This document shows, piece after piece, positions 8,309 through 17,987 of a stretch of 64,000 nucleotides of DNA (position 1 is its first letter; every line of letters begins with the position of its first letter). A program made the position numbers and the translations under genes. The stretch covers positions 32,001-96,000 of the forward strand of contig JBITAJ010000017.1 in NCBI GenBank assembly GCA_044440125.1, in the 5' to 3' direction. The notes under the pieces are model-generated. The model was not told the DNA's origin. It ran no database searches and saw nothing but the letters and a program-made list of their open reading frames with translations. Source of the DNA: Sedimentisphaeraceae bacterium JB056. Lineage in GTDB: Bacteria; Planctomycetota; Phycisphaerae; Sedimentisphaerales; Sedimentisphaeraceae.

Positions 8309-9694
8309 ATGATATCATTTAATAATTTTGTAAAATATCTTGCCGTTATTTCATTTGTTATAATTCTTGTCTTTTCAAACAGTTCAATTGCGGACGATTC
8401 TATGCCTGACGTTTTGATTAAACCGTTTCCTATTCTTTCATGGGTTCCTCCTCAGGTCAGTCAGCAGCAATTGAACTGGTATGATGAAGCTGGTTTTACT
8501 GTTCTTACTATGTATCCTGATGAGGATAAATATGAGGTGATGAAAAAATATTGGGATGGTAATTATATTGTATTCAAGGAATGGTCTGAGTTCGATTATG
8601 ATGATATGCTTGCTTTCCATCCTGAAGATGATAAAAAGATCGGTTATCTTCTCGGCGATGAGCCGCTATATGATGGACTGGCTGAATATAAAGTTATCGC
8701 GGATAAGATGAGAGAAGCTGATCCGCAGCGAATCTGTCTTGTAAACTTATTCCCTTCTTACGTAGGTGAAACACGACTTGGTAACGGTTTTCTTGATTAT
8801 ATAAAAGATTCTTTTGAACTGATTAATCCTCGTTACTGTTCGCTTGATAACTATCCTCTCATGTGGTTTGATGTAGAAAGACCTGAATATTATTACGATA
8901 TTGAAATGCTGAGAAAGTTCAGTCAATGGAATGATTCAAAGCAGATAGGTTTTATACAATTGTATTCATCTTCGGTTTGTCGTGATGTAAGTGAGTCGGA
9001 TGTTGCGTGGCAGGTTAATACGCTGCTTGCTTACGGATGCAAAGGTCTTTGGTATTTCAATTTCAGACATCCTTCTGCTGGAGATTCAAAAGCTAAAATG
9101 CCGGAGATAAGCGAAGCCGGAGCAAAGGATTTCAGGAATCTTCCCGGCCAGTGGGCGGAATACTACAAACCAGTATATGAAAATTTTGGTGGTAGCAGTG
9201 CTCTTGGTATGGATGATAAGCCATCGTTTTCTTTTGAGTATGTAAAGAAAGCAAATGCTCAAGCTCTTGCTTGGGGTCCGCTGCTGCTTACACTTGAGAA
9301 TAATGCAGTAAGGCATGTTGTCAACAGGCAGCCGTTTGCTCCTGTTGGTACGGAAGTATTCGCGGAAGCACGTTTCATTTCCGAAGCTAATGAACCGTTT
9401 ATTAACAGTGTTAAAGCAGTTGATCCTGATAAGGATAAGGGCTTCATAATAAGCTATTTTGAGAATGAGGCAAAAGATTCTTACGTGATGATTGTTAACA
9501 AGAATCACGGCGAATTTATAACCTGCAAGGGCGGAGCGGCAAAGACAAAGATTGTTTTTGATGAAGAGGTAGCAGGTATCAAGATAGTATCACCTGTTGA
9601 CGGGACGCTGGAAGATAAGAAAATAACAGACAGACTGCTGACTGTTGATATTGAGGCCGGCGGCGCTATTCTCTTCAAAGTAGAATGTAAATAA
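8309..9694 (+). CDS. secreted putative glycoside hydrolase-like protein (clan GH-A-like DEP motif), family unassigned
   Basis: Signal peptide; GYLLGDEP, LVNLFP, SLDNYP, LAYGCKGLWYF segments; C-terminal beta-sandwich-like region. Confidence 0.6.
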   Translation: MISFNNFVKYLAVISFVIILVFSNSSIADDSMPDVLIKPFPILSWVPPQVSQQQLNWYDEAGFTVLTMYPDEDKYEVMKKYWDGNYIVFKEWSEFDYDDMLAFHPEDDKKIGYLLGDEPLYDGLAEYKVIADKMREADPQRICLVNLFPSYVGETRLGNGFLDYIKDSFELINPRYCSLDNYPLMWFDVERPEYYYDIEMLRKFSQWNDSKQIGFIQLYSSSVCRDVSESDVAWQVNTLLAYGCKGLWYFNFRHPSAGDSKAKMPEISEAGAKDFRNLPGQWAEYYKPVYENFGGSSALGMDDKPSFSFEYVKKANAQALAWGPLLLTLENNAVRHVVNRQPFAPVGTEVFAEARFISEANEPFINSVKAVDPDKDKGFIISYFENEAKDSYVMIVNKNHGEFITCKGGAAKTKIVFDEEVAGIKIVSPVDGTLEDKKITDRLLTVDIEAGGAILFKVECK

Positions 9695-9717
9695 CCAATA
9701 TTACTACAGGACTCCTT

Positions 9718-11226
9718 GTGAATACAACTTTAATTGACTGGATAATTCTCGTTTTTGTTTTTGCCGGATTGTGCTTTGCCGGATTGATGTGTCGTAAAAA
9801 AGTCAAAGGCGTATCAGATTTTATGGTTGCCGGCAGGAATGTCAGAAAGTATCTTGCTTTGGGTACAGGTCTTGTTGAAGGTATCGGATTGGTGACAATC
9901 GCTAATTTTATTCAGCAGGGATTTTTGCACGGTCTTAGCAATATATGGCTCCAGACCATCGATATGCTGATCGTTGCGATAATATTCGGCCATTTTGGCG
10001 TTGTGATAGTTCGGTTCAGGCTTGGCGGTTTTATTACACTTCCGCAATATTTTGAAGCAAGATACAGCCGTAAAACAAGGCTGCTTGTCGGTTTTGTTAC
10101 GGCAGTAGCGGGAATATTGAATTTTGCTATTTTTCCTATTGTCGGCAGTCAGTTCCTGACGCATTTTCTGGGTCTGCCTGCGACGTTTCCATTGCTTGGG
10201 ATGAATATGCCTACAATACCGGCTCTTATGGGAATTATGCTGGTGCTTGCACTGCTGTTTACAAATCTTGGCGGTATGATATCGGTTGTTGTTACTGACT
10301 ACATCCAGTCAATACTTGTGGCTTGCGGTATATTCATAATGTTGTTTTTTACATTCTATACGCTTGGTCTAACCGGTCTTACAGAAGGTTTACGGGAAAA
10401 TCTTGGGCAGGCCGCTTTCAATCCGTTCTATGAAGGCAGTTATGGGATTGCTTTTTTCGTATGGGTTGGGCTTAATGTGTTTTTCTGTTATGTAGCATTT
10501 TCTCCTACAATGCAAAAAGTTGCTTCTACCGACAGCAGTGAGACCGCAAGAAAGATGACTATGATAAGTTCTTTCTTTAATAAGAGCCGACTGGTTATGA
10601 TGATGCTTATAGGTATAGGTGCTTTGATATATTTAGGCGGTCAGGCTCCTGATGATATGAATATGAATGGCGAGCAATGGAGCAGAACGGCCGGTCCTTT
10701 GTTTCTTGGAGAGATTCTGCCGCCGGTATTTATGGGTATTGTGATGTCTGCACTCTGTGCGGCGTTTGTCAGTACGATGGACAGTTATATTTTGAGCTGG
10801 GCATCGGTTATTGTTAATGATGTGATATGTGCCGTGAAAAAGAAGCCCATGACTCCTGAGGGACATTTGTGGTGTTTGAGATGGGTCATAGCGGCTATCG
10901 CTTTATTTCTTTTCTGTTTTGGTGTCTTATATAAGCCGACAGAATCTATACTCGAATATATCTATCTGACCGGAACGATGTTTACCGGTATAGGTATAGC
11001 TCTTGTGTTTGGACTCTATTTTAAGTTTGGTACGACAGCCGGTGCAATGGCGGCAGTTCTTTCCAGCGCGGTTCTTCCTGTAGTGGATCTTATTTGTAAA
11101 AGAGTATTCGAAGGTAGCTACACTTTGGGGTCACAATACTCAGGGCTTATGATAATTTTGTTTTCGATGATGATATACATTGCAGTATCTCTTGCAGACA
11201 AAACGAAAAAAGTGACAGTAGATTAA
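9718..11226 (+). CDS. sodium:solute symporter (SSS family)
   Basis: DFMVAGR, YFEARY, GGMISVVVTDYIQ, AAFVSTMDS motifs; many TM helices. Confidence 0.9.
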   Translation: MNTTLIDWIILVFVFAGLCFAGLMCRKKVKGVSDFMVAGRNVRKYLALGTGLVEGIGLVTIANFIQQGFLHGLSNIWLQTIDMLIVAIIFGHFGVVIVRFRLGGFITLPQYFEARYSRKTRLLVGFVTAVAGILNFAIFPIVGSQFLTHFLGLPATFPLLGMNMPTIPALMGIMLVLALLFTNLGGMISVVVTDYIQSILVACGIFIMLFFTFYTLGLTGLTEGLRENLGQAAFNPFYEGSYGIAFFVWVGLNVFFCYVAFSPTMQKVASTDSSETARKMTMISSFFNKSRLVMMMLIGIGALIYLGGQAPDDMNMNGEQWSRTAGPLFLGEILPPVFMGIVMSALCAAFVSTMDSYILSWASVIVNDVICAVKKKPMTPEGHLWCLRWVIAAIALFLFCFGVLYKPTESILEYIYLTGTMFTGIGIALVFGLYFKFGTTAGAMAAVLSSAVLPVVDLICKRVFEGSYTLGSQYSGLMIILFSMMIYIAVSLADKTKKVTVD

Positions 11227-11243
11227 CAAAGGATATATAGGAA

Positions 11244-13058
11244 ATGCGTGATAAAAATGTACTTTTTATAATGCTCGATCAGCTCAATTACAGGTGTCTT
11301 GGGTATATGGGGCATCCGGATGTCAAGACTCCAAATATTGATGCGTTGGCGGCTGAGGGTACATGTTTTACAAACTTTTATACGCAGTCTCCGATATGCC
11401 AGCCCAGCAGGATTTCGTTTCTTACAGGTAATTATCAAAAGACTCACAGGCAGTATGGTTTTGAGGGTATGGTTGGTAATAGTTTTGAACTTATGCCTCG
11501 CATATTCAGGAAAGCCGGTTATAAGACAGGGGCATCGGGTAAGTTTCATATAAATTCTTTAGGCAGTGACTGGGGTTTTGATTATCTTGCAGGCACGCTT
11601 GAAGAGGAACAGGACAGATGCAAGCCTGCAACCAACTGGTATCCTGATTACATACGTGATAAAGGATACAAATATCCTACTACTCAGGCTCACGGCTCTT
11701 CCCTTGGAGATTCTGTTCCGGATGATATCGAGAAAGAGGAGAAAAGCGGCAGAGTTCATGAGATCAATGTTGATAACTATGTCATGTGTGCGGGTAAGAC
11801 CAGGATACCGTTTGAGCATAGTATAGAGAAATGGACGACTGACAGGGCGATTGAGTTTCTGGAATACGTAAATGATGATGAACCGTTCTTCTTCTGGCTG
11901 ACTTACGATCGTCCGCATGCTCCTCACGGCGTATCAGAACCATTCGATAAATTGTATGATCCTGATCTTATTTCGCTTCTGCCATATGAGGATGTTGATG
12001 AAATCTGTTCGAAACCTTATGACTATTTCAAGAAGCTTCGGAGTTTCTTTGGCGATGATAAAAAGCTCAGGCGTGTTCTTGCCGCTTACTATGCCATCAT
12101 AACCTGTATTGACAGCGAGATAGGCAGAGTTGTTGATTATCTTAAGAGCAGAGGACTCTACGATAACACAACAATAATCTTTACCAGCGATCATGGCGAT
12201 ATGGCCGGTATGCATGGAAGCTTTGAAAAAGATAATATGGCTGATGAAGTGATAAAGATTCCTATGGTAATCAAGCCGCCTTTTAAGATGCAGTCTGATG
12301 CGCCGAAGAGAATTGACTCTTTATGTGAATCGACAGATCTTTTACCGACACTGCTTTCGCTGCATTCCTTTGAAAAGATGGATGTTGACGGCCATGATCT
12401 TTGCGGTTTGATCAGTGGAAATGAAGATGGCATCGATAACGTTGTATTTTCTGAACAGTATTCAATTAAGGCTATTGTAAAGGATAGCTGGAAACTTATC
12501 TATTATCTTGATAAACCATATGGAATGCTCTTTGATCTTGCGAATGATCCGTTTGAAAAGAACAATCTTTACGATGATGATAAATATAAATTGAAAAGGA
12601 TTGAGCTTAAACGTGAATTGATAAAAAAACTCTCTGGCAATTGGGATGAGTGTGACAAAGAGGATGTTGAGAGTACGATATTCAATTATGGGGGCAGGTC
12701 AAGCAAAGCGCATTATGGTAATGTCGGCTGGGATGACCGGGATTTTTATGTTGTTGATTACCGTTGCATGTATTTGGTGGAGGACAACCCGGCGACTTAT
12801 ATCATGATGTACAATTTGTATGATGATAAAACACCGATGTATAAAGTTGAAAATGGATGCCCATGTTATGAAGCCGGTGATGTCTGTAATGAACTTCTTT
12901 ATAATGGCATTTATGAAAAGTTTGTTGATGGTTTAGTTGATTGGCTTATACGAAAAATAACACCGATTGATGTGATTGGGATACAGGCTTCTAAGCTTGA
13001 ACGTTGTTATCCTCTTGAAGAAGAGGTTGCTGAGTTTTTAGGAAATGTTTCGCGTTAA
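11244..13058 (+). CDS. sulfatase (S1, Cys-type), no signal peptide, with C-terminal extension
   Basis: NVLFIMLDQ, CQPSRISFLTG, GKFH, PHAP, FTSDHG. Confidence 0.9.
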   Translation: MRDKNVLFIMLDQLNYRCLGYMGHPDVKTPNIDALAAEGTCFTNFYTQSPICQPSRISFLTGNYQKTHRQYGFEGMVGNSFELMPRIFRKAGYKTGASGKFHINSLGSDWGFDYLAGTLEEEQDRCKPATNWYPDYIRDKGYKYPTTQAHGSSLGDSVPDDIEKEEKSGRVHEINVDNYVMCAGKTRIPFEHSIEKWTTDRAIEFLEYVNDDEPFFFWLTYDRPHAPHGVSEPFDKLYDPDLISLLPYEDVDEICSKPYDYFKKLRSFFGDDKKLRRVLAAYYAIITCIDSEIGRVVDYLKSRGLYDNTTIIFTSDHGDMAGMHGSFEKDNMADEVIKIPMVIKPPFKMQSDAPKRIDSLCESTDLLPTLLSLHSFEKMDVDGHDLCGLISGNEDGIDNVVFSEQYSIKAIVKDSWKLIYYLDKPYGMLFDLANDPFEKNNLYDDDKYKLKRIELKRELIKKLSGNWDECDKEDVESTIFNYGGRSSKAHYGNVGWDDRDFYVVDYRCMYLVEDNPATYIMMYNLYDDKTPMYKVENGCPCYEAGDVCNELLYNGIYEKFVDGLVDWLIRKITPIDVIGIQASKLERCYPLEEEVAEFLGNVSR

Positions 13059-13099
13059 AAGCGGGAAAGTATAAAGAAAATTCGGAAAGGATGTGTTGG

Positions 13100-14446
13100 A
13101 TGAAAACGAAAATATTATTTTTAATTCTGGCTGTTGTGAGTATGCCTGTGGTATCTTACGGCAAAGCAAGTGATGGTGATCACGTGTTCTTCTACAATCA
13201 GTATGGTTCACCGGCATTTGAAACTATTAATGACTGGACGAAAATCGGTTCTGCCGGTTATTCAACTTATTTCAGTCTCAATAGTGATGTCGATTGTGTT
13301 GAGGATGCAGTTTCCACAGAGAGCCTTAAGACAAGGCTTGACTGGACAGTGCCTACTTCGCAGACGGTTCCTGCCGGTACTTGGTGCGGGTATGAATTTA
13401 CTATACCTTCAGGTGTGAAGGAGAATATACTCAGATGGTACACTGCGGGCAGATATAACATAGGAACCGGAGCGGAGGTTCGTCTGCTTGATGAGAATGA
13501 TAATATTGTATGGACCTACAGTGATACAGGTACATGGGTTAATAATTACAGTAACACCTTTCAGCCTACGGAAAAAGTTAAACTGATCGTTTATCAGGCA
13601 AGCAGTGGTTATTTATGGTCGGGTCAGTATTTCTATGCCAGGCTTATGCAGATGTATACACAGGATATACCGAAATATTTCGGTTATTATTTCACAAATA
13701 CTCCATCGGCTGACTACTATGAAGACAGCAGTTGTGATATCTCTGAATTTACCAATCTCAATCATGTTATGGTGAGTTCTATGACCGCTGCGCAAGTAAG
13801 TGCACTTGCGGCTCGTTATTCTGCCAATGGCTGTAAGATGCTGATTGATACCAGATGGCAATTCTTTGATGGAAGCGGCAATTTATTACCGCAGGCAACA
13901 AGAGAATTGCAGTGGTCGATATTGTGGGACAAGATTGAACCTGTACTGAGCAGTGTCGGCGGCATGTATCTTATTGATGAGCCAGTGAATAGAGGCGTCA
14001 GTTACAGTGATCTTCAAACCTGTATTACGGAGATAAAGGCTGATTATTCGGGGCCAATTCTTGCCGTATACGCTTATCCTACAATTGAAAATCTTACATG
14101 GGGCGTTATACCGACTAACATTGATTGGGTTGGTGTTGATAAATATAGTTGCTCATTCACTGATATTGTTGATCTGGTGGATAATCTCGAGACTTATCTC
14201 GCTTCATGGCAGTACATATTCCTTGTGCCTCAGGCGACTACGTTTAAGTCGTGTTCATCTGTGGCTAACTCCTCTCTTGAGGTTGAAGACTGGCAGGTAC
14301 ACAACTGGAGCTGGGACTACTGGGATCTGGCCAATGGTGATCCTCGTATTGTAGGTATGCTTTCTTTCCTCGTTGAGGACATGATAGACTGTAATATGAC
14401 GTTGACGCAATCAGCTCAGAGTGATATAGGAACTAAAATCAAATAA
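13100..14446 (+). CDS. secreted protein with putative glycoside hydrolase-like domain paralogous to the C-terminal half of 5141..7213
   Basis: Signal peptide; FGYY, FTNLNHV, MLIDTRWQFF, LIDEP, DWVGVDKY, IFLVP all align by eye with 5141..7213. Confidence 0.65.
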   Translation: MKTKILFLILAVVSMPVVSYGKASDGDHVFFYNQYGSPAFETINDWTKIGSAGYSTYFSLNSDVDCVEDAVSTESLKTRLDWTVPTSQTVPAGTWCGYEFTIPSGVKENILRWYTAGRYNIGTGAEVRLLDENDNIVWTYSDTGTWVNNYSNTFQPTEKVKLIVYQASSGYLWSGQYFYARLMQMYTQDIPKYFGYYFTNTPSADYYEDSSCDISEFTNLNHVMVSSMTAAQVSALAARYSANGCKMLIDTRWQFFDGSGNLLPQATRELQWSILWDKIEPVLSSVGGMYLIDEPVNRGVSYSDLQTCITEIKADYSGPILAVYAYPTIENLTWGVIPTNIDWVGVDKYSCSFTDIVDLVDNLETYLASWQYIFLVPQATTFKSCSSVANSSLEVEDWQVHNWSWDYWDLANGDPRIVGMLSFLVEDMIDCNMTLTQSAQSDIGTKIK

Positions 14447-14522
14447 ACATTATATATACTTTCCCGCTTTATTTGGTTTGAATGATTGGAAATAATAAGA
14501 TTAACAAAACAGGAATGATTTT

Positions 14523-14714
14523 ATGAATGGATGGGAGACCAGCAGTTATATATATCTTGTGATAATGATTCTGTTTAACATATTGTTGACAGTAATCGTC
14601 TCTATAGGAGGGTATTTTGATCTTAAATATCTTTTCAAATCTTTACGTGAAGAGATTGTTGATGAGACAGATGATGGTCGTGTGAAGAAAGAAAATTACG
14701 AGGTTAGTGAATAA
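14523..14714 (+). CDS. small single-TM membrane protein, probable SSS transporter accessory or detached C-terminal module
   Basis: 63 aa, one TM then GGYFDLKYLFKSL..DETDDGRV; AGGA RBS; ends 2 nt before the next gene. Confidence 0.6.
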   Translation: MNGWETSSYIYLVIMILFNILLTVIVSIGGYFDLKYLFKSLREEIVDETDDGRVKKENYEVSE

Positions 14715-14716
14715 TA

Positions 14717-16477
14717 ATGAGACTGTATACAAGATTATCATTGCTTTTTGTTTTAACTGTTTTCTTTCAGTGTGTTTGTACGGCTCAGTCTCAGCTTGCG
14801 AATGTTGAGGTTGAGAAGACAACCACTCGAATAGAAGCTGAAAAATTTTCTCAATGGCGTAAAGATGTTTCGCTGAACTTCTGCGTGATATCCGACCCAC
14901 ATGCTTATGAGCCTGTAAGGAAGGGATATGAGCAATTCGGGACTGCAAGAGAAAAATTCTCAATGGCCGTTGATCATATCAATAGTCTTGCTGAGCAGGA
15001 TAAGCCGGGTTTTGTTCTGGTTACCGGTGATGTCTATCTTGATAAGATTAAGGATATTGTTGATCAAAGCGGCTTGAAATTTTACTTTGTAGCCGGTAAT
15101 CATGAGAAGGTGGAAGATAAAAAGTTTCTTCGCGAGTCTTATCCTGAGTATTTTCAGGTTGCTGGCGATGAGTCGGATTACTATTCGTTTACTGCTGATG
15201 GCTGTCGTTTTATTGGTATATGCGATGCCGCCTATCCTGAGCATGTAGGTTCATTCAGTTCAGAGCAGATAATACCTTTCGGGCAAGCTCAATGGATTGA
15301 AAGTGAATTGAAAAAATCAGAAGAGATAAAAATTGTTTTTGGTCATATTCCTCCGCATCCCGATAGCGGTGATTCAAATATGTATATGTCAAGGAACGAC
15401 TCTGTTTTCTTTAACGAATTGGTGGAGATGACTTCGCCTTCTCTCATGTTCTTTGGGCATCAGCACCACCCTACACGGAAACTGACTACAGGGAACACTG
15501 AATGGTTCATTGTGCGGTCTCTTTCGTGGAATGCAGGTAATGCGGCGATTGGTTATCTTTCCGTTAAGCTTGATGGAAGCGGAGCCGAAATTGATGAGTA
15601 TACTTTTGTGTCCTCAGCACCAGTCAATAAAGAGCGGCCTCAATTCAGTTTTGGTATTGTAGCTGATATTCAGTATGCCGACAGGGCAGACGTACCTGCG
15701 ACTAACAGCTATTATCGCTCTTCACCGTCTAAGCTTTCCGCGATGGTTGAAGATTTCAATGGTCAGGATCTGGCTTTTGCAATTCAGCTTGGAGATATAA
15801 TAGATTCTGTGTATAAAAGTTATGAGACAATATATCCTATATGGCAGCAGGTTGCCGCTAAAAAATATAATGTTGTTGGCAATCATGATTTTGTGCCTGA
15901 CGAGGTCGCTGCTCAGGATATTTATAAGAAACTTGGCATCGCTCCAAAAGGCTACTACGATTTTTCTTATGGAAATATAAGGTTTGTCGTGCTTAACACG
16001 AGTGATGTAAGTTTGTATGCCAACAAACCCGGCACAGAGAAATATATTGCGGCAGACGAAATGTTGAAAAGGCTTAAGTCAATAGGTGCCGATGGCGCAC
16101 ATTCATGGGGAGGGGCTGTTGGTGCAGAACAACTGATATGGCTCGAAACTGTTTTGGCAGATTCAAAAGATAAAAGACAAGAAACGATAATATTTACGCA
16201 TCATCCTCTGATTCCCCATGCGTTATGGAATTGGCGGGAAGTGTATGATGTTTTAGTTAAATATGATAATGTTGCTGCGTGCATCGCGGGTCATATTCAT
16301 GAAGGTTATTACAGGCAAAGTGATGGGATTGAATTTATAACTGTGCAGGGCATGGTTGCCAATCCGGAAGAAAATTCCTATGCGATAGCGGATGTTTATG
16401 AAGACAGAATAGAGATAAGAGGTTTTGGACGAGAGTCTGATTTCAGTATCAGCCTTTTAGAGAAAGTAGAAAAGTAA
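14717..16477 (+). CDS. secreted tandem calcineurin-like metallophosphoesterase (two domains)
   Basis: Domain 1: SDPH, TGD, GNHE, GHQH; domain 2: ADIQY, LGD, GNHD, HHP, GHIH. Confidence 0.85.
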   Translation: MRLYTRLSLLFVLTVFFQCVCTAQSQLANVEVEKTTTRIEAEKFSQWRKDVSLNFCVISDPHAYEPVRKGYEQFGTAREKFSMAVDHINSLAEQDKPGFVLVTGDVYLDKIKDIVDQSGLKFYFVAGNHEKVEDKKFLRESYPEYFQVAGDESDYYSFTADGCRFIGICDAAYPEHVGSFSSEQIIPFGQAQWIESELKKSEEIKIVFGHIPPHPDSGDSNMYMSRNDSVFFNELVEMTSPSLMFFGHQHHPTRKLTTGNTEWFIVRSLSWNAGNAAIGYLSVKLDGSGAEIDEYTFVSSAPVNKERPQFSFGIVADIQYADRADVPATNSYYRSSPSKLSAMVEDFNGQDLAFAIQLGDIIDSVYKSYETIYPIWQQVAAKKYNVVGNHDFVPDEVAAQDIYKKLGIAPKGYYDFSYGNIRFVVLNTSDVSLYANKPGTEKYIAADEMLKRLKSIGADGAHSWGGAVGAEQLIWLETVLADSKDKRQETIIFTHHPLIPHALWNWREVYDVLVKYDNVAACIAGHIHEGYYRQSDGIEFITVQGMVANPEENSYAIADVYEDRIEIRGFGRESDFSISLLEKVEK

Positions 16478-16484
16478 AGGTTTT

Positions 16485-17978
16485 ATGATGGAACGAATAA
16501 GTATAACAAGAAGAAATTTCATGGCCGGCCTGATTGCGGCAGGTTCTACTGCCGGAGTTGGGACTCTCAGCGGCTGTTTTAACTCAGCTCAAAATACACA
16601 AAAAGAGACAAGGCCGAATTTTGTTTTCATAATGACTGATGACCAGAAATGGGATGCGGTTGGTTTTGAGAACGAATACCCTTTCTTGAAGACTCCAAAG
16701 ACGGATATGCTTGCAAGAGAAGGTGTGGTTTTCAAGAATGCTTTTGTTACTAATTCTCTTTGTTCCCCTTCGAGAGCAACCTGTCTTACCGGGATGTATT
16801 CCCATCAGAATGGAGTACCTGTTAATGAAGTTGCCGATCACAGGCTTGATGTGCCTTCACTGCAGAGGACTTTGCGTCAGGAAGGTTATGAGGTTGCCTT
16901 TATTGGTAAATGGCATCAGCTTCTGCATGCCAATCCGCGACCTGATTTTGACTACTGGCTAAGCTTCAGGGGACAAGGGCAGTATTTTGATCCTGAGCTT
17001 AATGAAAACGGCAAGGAGATGAAAGTTGAGGGTTATATAACCGACATACTTACCGATTATACAGAAAAGTGGCTGACGGAAAAAAGAGACAAGACGAAAC
17101 CTTTCTGCCTGTTCCTCTGGCACAAGGCGGTTCATGGTCCGTTTAAGCCTGCTCCGGAAGATGAGAATCTTTATGCTGATGATTTGATCCCTGAGCCTAA
17201 AAATTATAATGATGATTACTCAGACAAGGGGAGCTGGCTGAGGCGTGCGGCTAAGTATGGCGTGCACAGAGATGCTTTCTATAACAGTGAAGGGAAGCCG
17301 ATTCCTGATTCAACTCCTCCGGCAAGAAAGTGGACCGGCAAAGAGGAGGCATGGATGAATTATCTCAAAGCAGTTTCTGCTGTTGACAGGAGCATTGGAA
17401 GGGTTTACGACAGGCTCAAAAATCTTGGTATGCTTGATGATACATTTATGATGTTCACCAGCGATAACGGTTATTTGCTTGGTAATCATCATAGTGTTTC
17501 CGATAAGAGGATAATGTGGGAAGAATCTATAAAAGTGCCGCTGATTGTTCGCTATCCGAAGCTTGTAAAGGCGGGAAGTGTTATTGATAAAATGGTACTT
17601 AATGTAGATTTTGCACCAACATTCATTGATCTTGCAGGCGGTGAAATTCCAGACACAATGCAGGGGCGATCTTTTGTACAGCTGCTTAAAGGTAAAACAG
17701 ATGATTGGCGAAAAGACTTCCTTTATGAATATTTCAGAGAAGGGTATGCTCCAGGAATACCGACTGTAGTTGGGATACGTACTGACAGGTACAAGCTTGT
17801 AGATTATCCAGAGCTTGAAAATAATAATGAAATGTACGATCTTCAAACCGATCCGCTTGAGATGACCAATCTTTATAACGATGAAAAATACTCATCGTTG
17901 AAGGCAAGGCTTGAGAAACGTCTTGAAGAATTGAAACTTGAATATAATTATACGGTGCCTGACTATCCTTTCGAATAG
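16485..17978 (+). CDS. sulfatase (N-acetylglucosamine-6-sulfatase-like), Tat-exported
   Basis: TRRNFM Tat motif, LSGC possible lipobox; TDDQ, CSPSRATCLTG, GKWH, HKAVH, SDNG. Confidence 0.9.
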   Translation: MMERISITRRNFMAGLIAAGSTAGVGTLSGCFNSAQNTQKETRPNFVFIMTDDQKWDAVGFENEYPFLKTPKTDMLAREGVVFKNAFVTNSLCSPSRATCLTGMYSHQNGVPVNEVADHRLDVPSLQRTLRQEGYEVAFIGKWHQLLHANPRPDFDYWLSFRGQGQYFDPELNENGKEMKVEGYITDILTDYTEKWLTEKRDKTKPFCLFLWHKAVHGPFKPAPEDENLYADDLIPEPKNYNDDYSDKGSWLRRAAKYGVHRDAFYNSEGKPIPDSTPPARKWTGKEEAWMNYLKAVSAVDRSIGRVYDRLKNLGMLDDTFMMFTSDNGYLLGNHHSVSDKRIMWEESIKVPLIVRYPKLVKAGSVIDKMVLNVDFAPTFIDLAGGEIPDTMQGRSFVQLLKGKTDDWRKDFLYEYFREGYAPGIPTVVGIRTDRYKLVDYPELENNNEMYDLQTDPLEMTNLYNDEKYSSLKARLEKRLEELKLEYNYTVPDYPFE

Positions 17979-17987
17979 GAATCTGTT

